DNA of 64,000 nt from Lingula anatina. Its lineage: Eukaryota > Animalia > Brachiopoda. The stretch covers positions 10,562,567-10,626,566 of the forward strand of contig CM120644.1 in NCBI GenBank assembly GCA_051362555.1, written 5' to 3'. A program made the position numbers and the translations under genes. Below the pieces are notes generated by a model. The model was given only the letters and a program-made list of their open reading frames with translations. It had not been told where the DNA came from and searched no databases. Of this stretch, positions 12,612 through 25,400 are shown piece by piece (the stretch's first letter is position 1; the number at the start of each line of letters is the position of its first letter).

Positions 12612-13759
12612 TTCATTATTTTACATTATATAGATATAAATAATTATTTTCCTTCGTTTTTGATTTTTATGTATTTATTTACACATTGTATTTCAGATGA
12701 CCAAGGAGATGGACTACCAAACACTGACTCGAAACTGGTGGGTCTTTCTTTCAGAGCGCTATTGAATGTTCAGGATCTAAAAGAAGATTCCAATCCAAGC
12801 TTGAACGATGAGTTGCCGGTAAAAGTATATTTAATATTTTATAATAACGTATTTTTGAGACAGTTCACACTTAGTGTGCCCGTTTCAGTTACTAAAAACT
12901 CATTATTTTTCTTAAACAGCACGCAAGTCGACTGATGATTTTGTATCAAAATGCTCATGTATTTCTTTGAAGGACACGATGTATAATCTATTTAATATCC
13001 GTGCTTCAGTAATTCTAATCATAGTTTTGCAACCATCAATCCATTACAGTACCAAAGTGCATTCCCCACTATATATAGATGCTTATAAATATGTAACCAA
13101 TGTCATATATCAGAGAGTCCCGCGTAACAGAAGGGGCCCTTTTTATTTTATTTTATTTTATTTTATTTAGTATTTCAGACGATTGGCAAAGCATACCAAA
13201 ATGTTGGTATGAAGGTCAGGGACACATTTTCAAACGTGCATTTTGTTTGTACAAGGATAATTCTAACGTTGTTCCGACCTATGGTTATTTTGAGTTCAGC
13301 TTGCTGATTGCCTTTTTCTCTCTAATGTATTTGCAACACTCAAATCAGCAGGAAATCTGTCCTCCTGGCTATGTGAACGACGGAAAAGACTGCCAGGCTA
13401 TACTCTACAATATAAGGACGATCACACAACGTTTGTTTGTAGAAATAGAACGTATAAACTGGCGTCCGACAAAGGGCTTCACATGCAACAGACGTCTGTT
13501 TGATGAACGGTTGGTTCGTGTGTTTGACAAGGCAGGTGCGCGTTTCTACCAATGTCGAGTTAAGGAAAATTCGCAAACGGGCAACGTAACATCTGCCGTT
13601 GACACCATACTCTTTGAGTTCGGACGTAGATGTAGCATACGTAATTGCTGCCTTAATTTAAGCATGCAAAAAATCTACTCCCCTGTGGCAGTACGCGTAC
13701 AGATATTAATTTTTTTAAAAGATAGAAATAAAAATGATGGTATATTAAGAACGTTGTAG
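10559..13759 (+). CDS. Secreted somatomedin-B-like Cys-rich protein, copy 2 (exons 10559-11579, 12697-12818, ~13349-13759), last exon truncated/chimeric
   Basis: Signal peptide MNSYRAFLVIIMLSTPFITKA; SMB-like CYCDDICHLLNDCC; repeats CP..W...PVTD...TYRNKDCAVCNG and YRNYHCMVC typical of invertebrate adhesion-GPCR-like ectodomains; exon phases 1/0 consistent; homology to copy 1 stops at ~13592. Confidence 0.75.
12336..12563 (+). mobile_element. Non-autonomous Helentron/DINE-like element
   Basis: Subterminal inverted repeat CCTCCGCCAAGG / CCTTGGCGGAGG, 3' short hairpin and CTAG|TT end, inside an (ATT)n tract; second copy at 30768. Confidence 0.7.
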
Positions 13760-16250
13760 ATCCTTTTTGGAAAATAAATAACTTTTTCCAGTCCCAATCA
13801 TTAGTATAAATGTCACCGAATAACAACATTTTACGGTTAATTTTTCGACATTTTCTTAGAAGACATTTAAGCGTTGTCATAGATTTGCACACACAGTGGG
13901 CTAGCTGGTCCAGCTTTCATTTTGGAGGACCTATCTTTAATTTTAATGACAATAAATTAAAGCATTTTAGACATAATTTTTTCAAAAATGTCTTGGGGGT
14001 GGACCCCCAAACTCATACCAGCGAAGGACCCCTATCCCATGCAATCACCCCTATGCGTGTCCACACGCTATGACTCAACACAAAAAGTAGTGTACACCTA
14101 ATTTGACCCCCCTCCCCCCAAAAAAAAAAAAAGAAAAAAAAGAAAGAAAGAAAAAAAACACCTCTGACGGGGTATAAAATATTATGACACACATATCAGG
14201 CATATAAAAGTGTTGTTTCTACATAAATTATCTTCATAATGCCAAAACATACAGGGTTACTACTTAATATGGAATATTTTTATCATTATTATTTTTGAGT
14301 GCTGATTAAAATTTTTTTGGCTTGATTCATCAAAAAAGTATTTCATTGAGTGAGAAAAATATCCAGTCTTCTATTGTGAGATATTTTGGCCAATTATATC
14401 AAATCTGACAAAAGATATCATTCAAAAGAAAAGAACACCCCCAGAAAACCATATCAAAAGTTTGATGTTAGTATTAATTTTAAGCTAAGAATTAAAGAAA
14501 ATGATAGCCTCCGGACAGTGATATGTTACACAGTCAGAGAACACATTACAGCAAATCATGAAAAGTCATCAATAGCGAGTATTACCTCCAACAGCCGCTT
14601 GCAGCGCCCTCATCCTACATGGCATACCCTGTGACAAGTTTTTTAGAGTTTGGATGGGAATATCATTCCACGCACTGATATTTGTCTGTCGCAGTTTATC
14701 ACTATTTACCGGCCGATGACCATAGCTATTAATTCTGTGTGTTACTTCTGCCCACAGATTTTCAATTGGGTTCATATCTGGGGAGTTTGCAGGCCCAGGG
14801 CAGTTGCTGAACCCATTGGTTTCGACGAAAAACAGTGATTCTGCGAGCTCGATGTGGGGTTGCGCAGTCGTCTTGGTACACTAAGTTGTTCCTGAAGTTG
14901 ACTCTTACAAATCGAAGCATTGTTTGCTGTAGAATGTCTCTGTAGGAACCCTGGTTGAGGTTGCCTCCCAGACAAACCAACTGGTTCTGGACACCGACAT
15001 GAAATGCTCCCCAAACAGAGACGTTACCACCCCCTGCTTGCACCCTAGGCAGTACACAATCATCGTACTGCATAACAGTGTTTTGGCTGCAAACGCACGT
15101 GGTCCCCATCCCATTGCAGACGTCGCTGTATATGACCTGCTGTTAACAGTAGTTTCCCTACTGGTTTTCGTGTAAAATAACCGCCTTGCAGTAATCTCTT
15201 GTTCACGAGTGACCTTGAAACGGGCGTTTGAATGACATTCTGCCACTCTTTTCTGAGGACACTGATTGTTTTTGTACGACCAGCACGGCGCACTCTAAGG
15301 AAAAGGCGATTCTGTCTTCTTGGTGTGATACGCGGACACCCTGGTCGAGGTATTGGAGTAGGTGCCTTTGTTGTAGCATTTCTTTGGAGGACTTAATTTA
15401 CTAACGGTTCCTGATAAATGTTGCATTGCCTGGCAATGGCTGTCCGTTTCTGGCCATTTTCTCTGAGAGCAAGAATCCCATAGAAAGCTGCGTTGCTTAA
15501 CTATCGAACCATATCTTCACTAAGGTACCTGTCAAGTTTCAGAGCGATCCCTTCGTAGCTTCTCTAAATACACTCACAAGATTGGCCAAACCCATGCGTT
15601 TTATACAAGGGCAGAAATTGTCGAAAAGACCACCCCTCACATTTCTGACCACAGAACATGCAACTGCATGCATTAATTGTTTTGAGAGTTGTGTGGTAAT
15701 TAGGTACCACACCAGGCTACACATGGAGTGACACTTCAGTTTGGGATTTAAAGTAGTTAGAGAGAAAATAAATATTTTGTAGAAAATTTACTCGCCAAAA
15801 AATAATATTCCATATTAAGTAGTAACCCTGTTATGATGTTATCGCGTGCTTCAGAACTTTGCGTGTTGCTGGGTCATATGATTTACAACCTGTATACTTT
15901 GCTCAGCTACTAAATAAACTCAAAACGAAAGTAATACCGGTATATGCAGGCACATTCGATATAAAGGGTGTTCTGTTATTTCCTCTGCCATTGGATCATC
16001 TTTGACATTATGAAATGGTGTAATAAGTAAAGTAGTCTACCTGTAGCTCACTATTTCCTAAAGTGTATACCACTTACCTAGGTGATACATAACTTCCATA
16101 ACCCACGGTTTCATGTTTCCATCGAGAATAATATCAAAGGCAAATAATTCATGCACGCTGTACCGGTTCCTAATAAACTGTTGGGTACTCCTTTGCAGTG
16201 TATCCTCCCCGCTAAAATAAGATGATATGCACAGGTATATTATACGATAG
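13599..16250 (-). pseudogene. Relic of a third TTLL4-like copy (intron plus one frameshifted exon, 16078-16211)
   Basis: 13599-14240 and 15831-16250 match 33195-33990; exon GEDTLQRSTQQFIRNRYSVHELFAFDIILDGNMKPWVMEV is 134 bp vs 135 bp in the intact copies. Confidence 0.85.
14252..15830 (-). mobile_element. Full-length degenerate Tc1 element; transposase pseudogene ~15512-14569
   Basis: 27-bp TIR CAGGGTTACTACTTAATATGGAATATT at both ends, TA on the left; AGGGNVSVWGAF, YQDDCATPH, MNPIENLW...GGNTRY. Confidence 0.92.
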
Positions 16251-16380
16251 AAAGTTGTTAACAAAATTTTTTGTTGTAACAAGAAAAATCTATCACCTTT
16301 CACATGAAATCACCCCCATTGTACTCAAACGCATAAGAATATTTTGACAGACTTTCAAAGATGATCACCCACCGCTGGAC

Positions 16381-16438
<58 letters not shown>

Positions 16439-18363
16439 TATAGCTAATAAGTCCCCGGTCACTTTAATAGCACACGCTGTCTACATCAGACGCGCTAATG
16501 CGCACGTCCCCGACAGAGTTAATGATAGGGGGATTACGATGGACAGCGCATGTTGCTCACAGCAGTAGGCACTGCCGCCGAAGTTAAACCGGTAATTAAG
16601 TCTTTAACTTGACTAAACATGTTTTGCTTTGTAACTTGCGTCCTTCAGTCTTGCTGATGCGGAAGCGCCGGCGGGACGTATCTCCACCTTGCCGATATTT
16701 ATCCCGACTCTCGACTTTAAAAGTATTATTGGTTTTGATTTTATCAAAGTCTTATTATATCAGAAAACCTGCATATTTTCATACGTTAAGAGAATTATAG
16801 AAACTGTAGAAAAAGCTACTCGTACATCAGGGATAAAAAACAACACCTTGCAGCACTATTACCTATTATTCATCACCAGAAGTTACTGTTTCACTTTTTT
16901 CTCCCAAATTACAAAGTCTGATGACAACTGAAAGCCTTTAGCCATACCTCAAGGCAGTGGGAGATAGTCTGGATTTGATTAAATGTAATAAAAGTATATT
17001 TTGAAGAATTTTCCTAGCCTTCGTCAATTTCCGCAAAGCTTCGGCATGCGCGGCAATACAGAGCTGTCGATATCTGCATGTGTGAACAATAGAATTGGTG
17101 GAACAACGGTTAACGTCGTTGAGTCCTCTGCAACCTATCCGACGGGAGTTCGTGTTCCTGTCGGTACTTTTGAAGATTTTGAAATTGTCATTATTAAAAA
17201 ATATCTATTAATATATAAAACAGTCGTGGCTAATTGTATTTGCAACGGAAAGCACAGTAGGGAGGTTGGTTGTTATTGTTAAAGTTATTATTACTGGGGA
17301 CATAAATTAGTATGCTAATCTCTTATCATGGTATAATGATTCATACGATGGGTATCAAATAGTTTTCCTTTGATATAAACAACAAAAGAGCGGCCTTCCA
17401 AATATCTTTGCTGAATGTTTATAACGTAGGTACTATTATGCGCAAAAATATTGATACATGACGCAAACGACATTTACTAATTTTGGTAATATCAATTTTA
17501 ATTAAAATTAAATTTAATTGAAATTAAAATTAAAATTTGTCTAAACGTGCATATTACCATTCACCTTGTTTAAAGGGTTCGCAACACTTTACATTCTAAT
17601 ACATTTTGCCAATTTTCATGTTTGCTAGTTTATTTTGATTTGAGAGAAAGCGAGAGAAGACCCTCTACTAGGGCCGCAAATTAATTATGAGTATTTTTCT
17701 TCAGTGCAAGAGACTGTGTAATGAAAAATCAATCTGTAACTCTGGTATTGGGTGGCCTTGTGTATGTAATAATATACAAGTAGGGGCAGGGGTACAGTTT
17801 TATAGTACAAATAGTCATTTTATACATCTTATTAATCTCATCGTCAGGTCATTGTTTACAATAGCGCTTTGTCGCTGTGCGTACCTTTTTGCATTTGAGT
17901 TAGACTCAGTCAGTAACAGCTGGTGATTTTGTCTTTTTTGCGTTTCATTGACAATATTTTGGCCACCTTAGTAGGGAAATGTGGCTCTTTGTTTTGAAAT
18001 GACATTTCCATTGTTCCTTTGAACACGCAAAAGTCAACACACTTACGTCAACATACTTACTTTGTAATAACAACCCAGGGGAAGAAACAAAAGCCTCATA
18101 AGGTGTCGTCATTCACACTGTAAAAGGTGTTAATTTCATGCTTCTATTGTTTGCCCATGAATCATTATGACAAATTTGTAGGGTTGCCAGATCACTGGCG
18201 CTTCATTCAATTCTCTATATCTGCCCTGCAGCCTGGGATGAGTGATACTTGACTGACCTTTGTTTACATCTGGAGATTTTCTTTATAATTCGATCAGTGT
18301 GCAAAAATTATGATATTTTCCATCGGGAAAAATACGTGATAATGTTACGATTCTTATTTTACG

Positions 18364-19410
18364 GATACATAATTACAAAAATTAATTCCTGATTTAATAC
18401 CCCCTATTTCAGCGCCTATTCCTGGCTGCGTTAATTATGGGGGGTTGGAAAGTAATCCGTTAGAGCGCAGGAGTGATGATTGCTACTCTTACCAACGGTG
18501 CATCACCGATCAACTAATCTCAGCCACCTGAAGCAGAATCACCAACAAAAGACAAATTGGACTACATCTGCCTTCTTGTTGAGACATCTTATGTAAAAAA
18601 GGCGATAACGGTCAAAACATACGTGCTTCGTGGTTTATTAAATGTTCATCGTATTTTTTCGTTCATTATTCTTATGAGTTAAGCAGCTTCACCTCCGTGA
18701 CACCCTTTTTATTTATTTAAACCATTGTTAGATAAACCATGGGTTTCACTCCAGATTTCACGATCGAACAGCTGATCATGAGGAGAGTGTAGCATGCTAT
18801 AGTAAACTACCCCAAATATATATACAACACCTCCAGGGTTTCACGATCGAGCAAGTGATCATGAGAAGAGAGTGTAGCAGAGAACTTCATTAATGGTCGT
18901 CATAATTGGTGGTTGCCTTGGGAAAATGAGTTACATGATTACATAATACAGATACATAATAACATAAGATTAATACTAAAATTTTCCCTGATACAAAAAC
19001 CCCTATTTGAGCGCTTATTCCTGACTGCGTTAATTACGGGTGATTAGAAAGTAATCTATGAGGACGCAGGAGCGATGATTGCTACTCTTACCAACGGTAA
19101 ATCACCGATTTACTTGACTCCGCTACTTCGAGCAAAATCACCACCAAAAGACATATTAGACCACGTTCGTCCTCTTATTAAAACAAAGAATGTAAAAATG
19201 TGATGTCGGTCAAAGAAGAGGACTAGACTACGTGCTTCATGGTTTATTAGATAGGCCTATTCATTGGATTTTTTTAGTTCATTATTATAGCTTCACCTCG
19301 CGAGACCCTTTTTTATATATTTAAAACACAGCACCCCACTGGTTTTGCGATCATGAAGAAAGGGAGTGTAGCAAAGAACCTCATTAATGGTCGTGATAAT
19401 AGGTGGTTGC
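18364..19410. repeat. Diverged internal direct repeat (~18364-18915 vs ~18951-19410)
   Basis: Shared blocks e.g. gatgattgctactcttaccaacggt and cattaatggtcgt. Confidence 0.8.
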
Positions 19411-20350
19411 ATTGTAGGCCTAACCTTGTTCATTTTAGTCGACAGACTAAGCTAGAAGAAAGAACAGATCATTATCACCTCTCTTTACTTAGGAACAATA
19501 AGGATGGCTAGTGGCAGCATTTATAAGTTCTTTTATTTAGAAACTTTCCGATCCTTTGTCTGGGACTGCGTCCGAGAAACGGCGATAACGACAGAGACGT
19601 CCTCGAACATTTTGGACTCAGTGCAAATAAAAAAAAAATCCGTTAAGAAGTAGCCTTTAAATGTCCCGGCAAATAACTTTGCGATGGCTCAGAGAGTTCT
19701 AGAATGAATGACAAGCAACGACATTAGGGTTAATAATAGACTAAAAACTATCAGAGTGTAGGAATGTCTTAGGCCTACTTCATTTCTAAGGCCATCTTGT
19801 GATACGAGTCATGCTACACTATGATTTAATACAGGGATACCATCGATAGTATATCAATAGAAAATCGCAATCCTCAAATGTTTTTTAATTCATTAAATAT
19901 AAACGGTCTTTTCTCGTACAATGGGTCTGGTATAGTTGTATTGGCCTATCAGTTGGAAACACGTGGTTCGTCTACAATTGCAAATGGCGGAGGTGCCGTG
20001 GTAGTTATTGTCGTAAAATTAGCTGGATACGGTGCACGTGAGAAAATTATTCATTAAATTTAGTTTTCGAGCGTCAGCTTAATCTGGTAAAATGCGAGAC
20101 GAAAAAAATCATAGATAGAGCCTTATGACCCACTGTAGAATGATGCCGAATAATACATCAACGACGTAGTTTATCGGCAGATAAACGTGTTTCCATTCTC
20201 GGCTGACTGAGGAAAGGTTTGAGAGAGCATTTAAAGAAGAGGCGGTCGAACCAATAGTGAGTAGGAAGTGTGCTGCAATCAAGACGAACAATACCGATCA
20301 TGAGTGGACAGCTAATAACCCCTAATTAAGCCCGGGTTACGCGCTGCTGT

Positions 20351-20504
20351 GTTGACTCCTTGCTGGGGAGCGGTAGCGGCCTCCTACTGCTGTGAGTAAT
20401 CACGCATTGTCTTCTAACCTGCGGCTTAGTTGACTCCTTGCTGGGAAGGGGTAGCGGCCTCCTACTGCTGTGCGTATTCAAACATTGTCTTCTAACATGC
20501 GGCT
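20351..20504. repeat. Two-unit tandem repeat, period 78 bp
   Basis: gttgactccttgctggg...gtcttctaac.tgcggct twice. Confidence 0.9.
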
Positions 20505-20670
20505 ACACGACGGTTGCATTGTATTAATAAAGTAATACCTATTCATAAGGAAGGGGGCGGATGGTAATTTTACGAGAATTAAATCAGTTACCGATCATAC
20601 GCGTACCAATAGTCGTGTTTTTTTTTAGCTATACGGTATATATACGCACATGCCTTATATACCGCTGGAC

Positions 20671-20752
<82 letters not shown>

Positions 20753-22402
20753 ACATGCCTTATATATATAAAATGATGCAAAGATATGCTTAATACTACC
20801 AAATCTATTAAAGGTCATTTCGGTCGGTGCCATTTTGCATACTTCGACTCACACGAAGCAGCCAAAATGTCGGGTGGCCTGTCCGACCTTCAGCCCACCA
20901 AATTCTTCGACGCCCTTGTCGACCCTTTTTTCGCTACAAAAAAACCTGGTATGTGCTGCTTTGGACAGAATGTCACTGAAATGTTCCGGGCGATAATCGC
21001 TGGCCGTCGCCAGCCTTTCGTATAATTGTAAAAAGGTGATATCTCCATGCCCAATATCAATGGCATACCAATCCAAAACGACGGCCCCCATTTTCTTTAT
21101 GACTTTAATTGTCCTGTAATTTGAAAGTAATCCTAGAGATGAATTTGACGGCAAAGCGGACATATTTCCAAGTGGCGATAATACGCATGCGCAGAAAGCT
21201 CATTTTCCGGCAAATTCAATAACGATGTTTGCGACAACGGACTGCGTTGGGGGTGATTTTTTTTTCGGAGAACGGACGAAAATCGGTGCGCGCGCAGGAT
21301 GTCATCCATAGAAATAAAAAAGTGCGGCCTTAATTTGAATCAAAATATCATGACTTTCTTCCAGATTCGTTCCATCGGTTGTTTATAGACGCAACGTTTT
21401 GCGACGCTTGGCTGCCTGGCGGGAGAAGTGATAAAATAGTATATAGGGAATTGAGTTGTATTATTCGTCGTCACTTTTTTCATTTATTGCATATCGTGTC
21501 ACCAGAGATTTTATTTTACATCATATATGTAAAAAGACACTCAATGCCTTTTTTCTCAGACCAGAACCAGAACTAATTGATAAATAGTTTTTGCAGGTAG
21601 CCTATATATGTATGAGTTGCGGATAGGTACGATAAAAATTGATAAGTTTTACAGTCCATCCTCAAGAACTACAAATAATCGAAATTTTATCAATCAAACT
21701 ACATGGTAGAAAATCAGCATTTTAGATGCACATGTTTGTCTGTCAGCATCATCATAGTAGGTACAGTGATTGAAATGAGAGCGTTAAATCATACAACTAC
21801 TAGGCTAAAGACAAAACCTGCATAATCATGTCAGATTATGATTTTAGAGAAGGCATTTCAAGTTGTCTTCAAATAACCCAAATACCATACTGGAAACAAA
21901 TCATGTAACAAGTCATACTACAACGAGTCGAACGTCTCCCATTTGAGAGCGTTTTCGTACGCGTGAATGAGTGTTTTAGTCAGCCAGAAGAATTAGAATG
22001 AAAAATGTATATAACCCTGATACTGGAACTCACATTAACAACTGACCGACGTTGCGGTCTCAACCCAAGACCTTTTACTAAGTAACATACTTCCAATCCA
22101 CGGCTAAATATTTATATGATTATGTGGATGCCTTATGTGCCACCCCGTTGTAACGTGAAAGAGAGCTCCCCCATGGCAGAAAGTCCGTTTCTCATTCATT
22201 TGTACAGGTAAGCCTCGCCCTAGATTTTGACCCACTTAGCTCAGGCTAAATATAACCGTTATAACAAAATGGAGGGTAGACTTTCTATAACATGGACCCC
22301 TACTCCAGCAGCGAGTGAGTGAATTTGGCATTAAATTTAAGATAATATATACATGATAAAATAATTACAATAGCATGTCACTAAAATGTTTGGTTTAGCA
22401 CG

Positions 22403-25400
22403 TTAAGGCTGAAGATGTTTTTCCTCCCGGCAGTGCGATTTCAGAATTTGTATCCCCTCCTCTTCGTTTTGATGATAACGTTGAATCCATTGGTCAAGGA
22501 GAATATTGTAATATCTAGAAAAAAGAAATGAACTAATTAAGATTGTGATATCAATACCTTTCTAAAAGTGGAATTTTGACTTATTACATTAATTAGAAGA
22601 GTTGATTATCCTACACGTTAATCATATCAAGCACCGCTTCCATAAACCAAATGCTATTACACATTATAGTATGTGCAAGCAAAGATGCAAAAACAAAAAT
22701 ACTGATGGAAATCCTATGTCATTACCTTGGCCGCTCAAAGAATCTGTGATATATCTTAGTCTCTGGTGTTGGGAATATCCTTTCGAATTGTCCTCTTCGG
22801 TTGTTTTCGTCCACCGTTTCAATCAACATTCGCATATCATCGGGTGTGAGTGTATCCAGTATTGTAGATAGTGTCGTCTGCAATTGTGATAATATTTATC
22901 AGTTAAAAGTATTGTGGGGTATTCCATTTAACTTGGTTCTGTGAGTCACGCCATCTAATATCAAAAAGTGAGGTAATTTTTGTAGACTTATGCAAATGTT
23001 ACACGTTGTGAGTGTCACCGGCGTGGTGATTGGTGTGTTATTTTTTATTTATTTATTTATTTATTTATTTTTTGCAAATTTGAAATGATCTACATGCATG
23101 TCAAAACAACCGAAACGTGGACCGTTAATATTTCTGAAAAGATCTGCTACGCCCTAGGAAATGATAGTCACATTATTCTAAAATGTTGTCTAAATTTTAT
23201 AAAATCCACTGACTTTGATGCCAGATTGTGTTTTCAATGTACACGACTACCTTCCGCTCTCGATACATAAACATAGGCCCTTAGATTACCCCACCTGATC
23301 TGTGATGGTCGTGTACGTCTGATGTTTTTCCTTTTCTTCCTCGGTTAGCTGCTGTGTCCACAGTCTACGGTCCATGAGCAGGTTCTTGGGAACTGTCTCT
23401 GGGCTAAAAAGGAACAAGTGGGTGCGCAAAGCATTTATACGATTGCCTGCGTAATGCTGTTCGTATATTTATATGTATGATCCAATTTCAGTGTTCATCG
23501 GAAGGTTCTTAAAACCGGGACATACCTAGTAAGTATAGGCTCAGCCTCTGTGCCACAATTCATTTCCGATGAAAAAAGTCAATTCAAAAGACATGTAGTT
23601 ACTCGGTGCTCATTTCATTTAAGTGTGATTTGAGACGACATACCAGAAATATCAATCAACTCAACATACCTTGTTCTCGGAAGTTCAACCCACTTCGATG
23701 CCAGGCTTGAGCGCATATTTGCTTATTTTGATAAATACATGTAGCTAATGGAAAAGGGGTTTTTAGCGGTTTAAGACTCTGTTACATTGGATTCAGATCT
23801 TTAATGATAACTGAATTTTATCAAAAGCTCAAAGATCCATTGGTTTATGTATTTTAGGACGTTCAGCACGGCTATTCAGTTTCATAATTTTGAAGATTTC
23901 TCTTCAGTCGCTGGAAAAAAATGAAATAGTTTACCTGTGTTTCAGATTTGGCAGCATGTCTACAGCTGGAATCTGAATACCAGCTAGGTTTAACATAGAC
24001 GTCAGCAAGGGATCTATCAACTTAGTGAAGACATTTGTCGTGAACCTAAAAGAAGAAAAATACATTCAGACACAACCCTTATAATCACCTCCCGGAAAAT
24101 ATTTCTAGAACGTACTTATGAGGAACGTATAATTTGGTTGAAAAGATGGAAAAGCATTGGAAATGTAACTCAGTATAGTGTATACCACTTACCTAGGTGA
24201 TACATTAACTTCCATAACCCACGGTTTCATGTTTCCATCGAGGAGAATATCAAAGGCAAATAATTCATGCACGCTGTACCGGTTCCTAATAAAGTGTTGG
24301 GTACTCCTTTGCATTGTATCCTCCCCACTAAAATAAAGTGACGTGTACGTACATGAATAAGATTACAACAACACGTTAACCTATATTGATAATGAAGAAT
24401 ATCATGTATCAAAAACATACGTGATGTAAACAAAAAGCTTTCACAGCTAAAAGGAAGGTTAAAGTCATTATGTCTACCTATGTTAAGTAAAACATTTCTT
24501 AAATGCAATGAAAAAAATCTGGGTGTCAATACCTTAGAACGGTTTTGATGACAAGGTCTTTGATTCTGTCCCAAATGGACCTGCGTTCCACCCCATAGTT
24601 CTCTTTTAAGTGGTCCCACAGCCATGTTAACGATCTGAAGAAGAATCTCAATTTTAATTCCCGGGGATCACGTCAACCTGCCCGCCCTTTGCTTCCGTGT
24701 ATCAGTGCGGAATGTGGATGCACATGGGCCCTTCTGTGTGTGTGTGTGTGTGTGTGGGTGGGTGGGCTTGGGTGATGGGGCGCTCTTAGAGTTTTTTTTT
24801 TTTTTTTTTTTCAGCACTATTTCATTGATACTTTTAATGCTGTTATATTGAAGATCATTTGCAATAATTATATAATATAATTAACATCTAGAAAATGGGG
24901 TCCCTGAGGGTGCGCTGATATATTTTTTTTAATATTATTATTATTATTATTATTATTATTTAAATGTTGGGAAGATAAGGAATACTCAGTGGGTACCCAT
25001 CAACACCATCTAGCTTACCAGTGTCAAGGGTATGATGATCAAACTAAACAATAAAAAGATAAATCGGGTACAATCCCTACAATGCGATCAGAACTCCCTG
25101 GGATACACTGTACGCAGGGGGCATTATGCCCATCCATATATCTGGATTTGTCCTTCAGGTGCATGCACCAGCGTCAGGTAGGCCGACGCGATCAAATAGC
25201 TTTTGTATGTCGCATAATAATCAGGTACTATTCTTTAAACAGCTATTGGACATTTCGTTGGCGAAATTTATTCTACTCCTGTAACATGGTATTGGTTAAA
25301 AGTAGTCACTGATAAATTTGGTAATTATATAAAAAATAAAATTTCAAAATAAACCGGAGGGAATATGCTTCCCCTCTATCTTTCATTCCCAGCAAGAGTG

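Larger units (their letters stand above)
16436..20636. mobile_element. ~4.2-kb putative non-autonomous DNA element inserted in a (TA)n tract
   Basis: Ends CACTATAGCTAA / TTAGCTATACGG; subterminal inverted match ctcacagcagtagg (~16557) vs cctactgctgtgag (~20383); internal repeats; no recognisable ORF. Confidence 0.5.
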
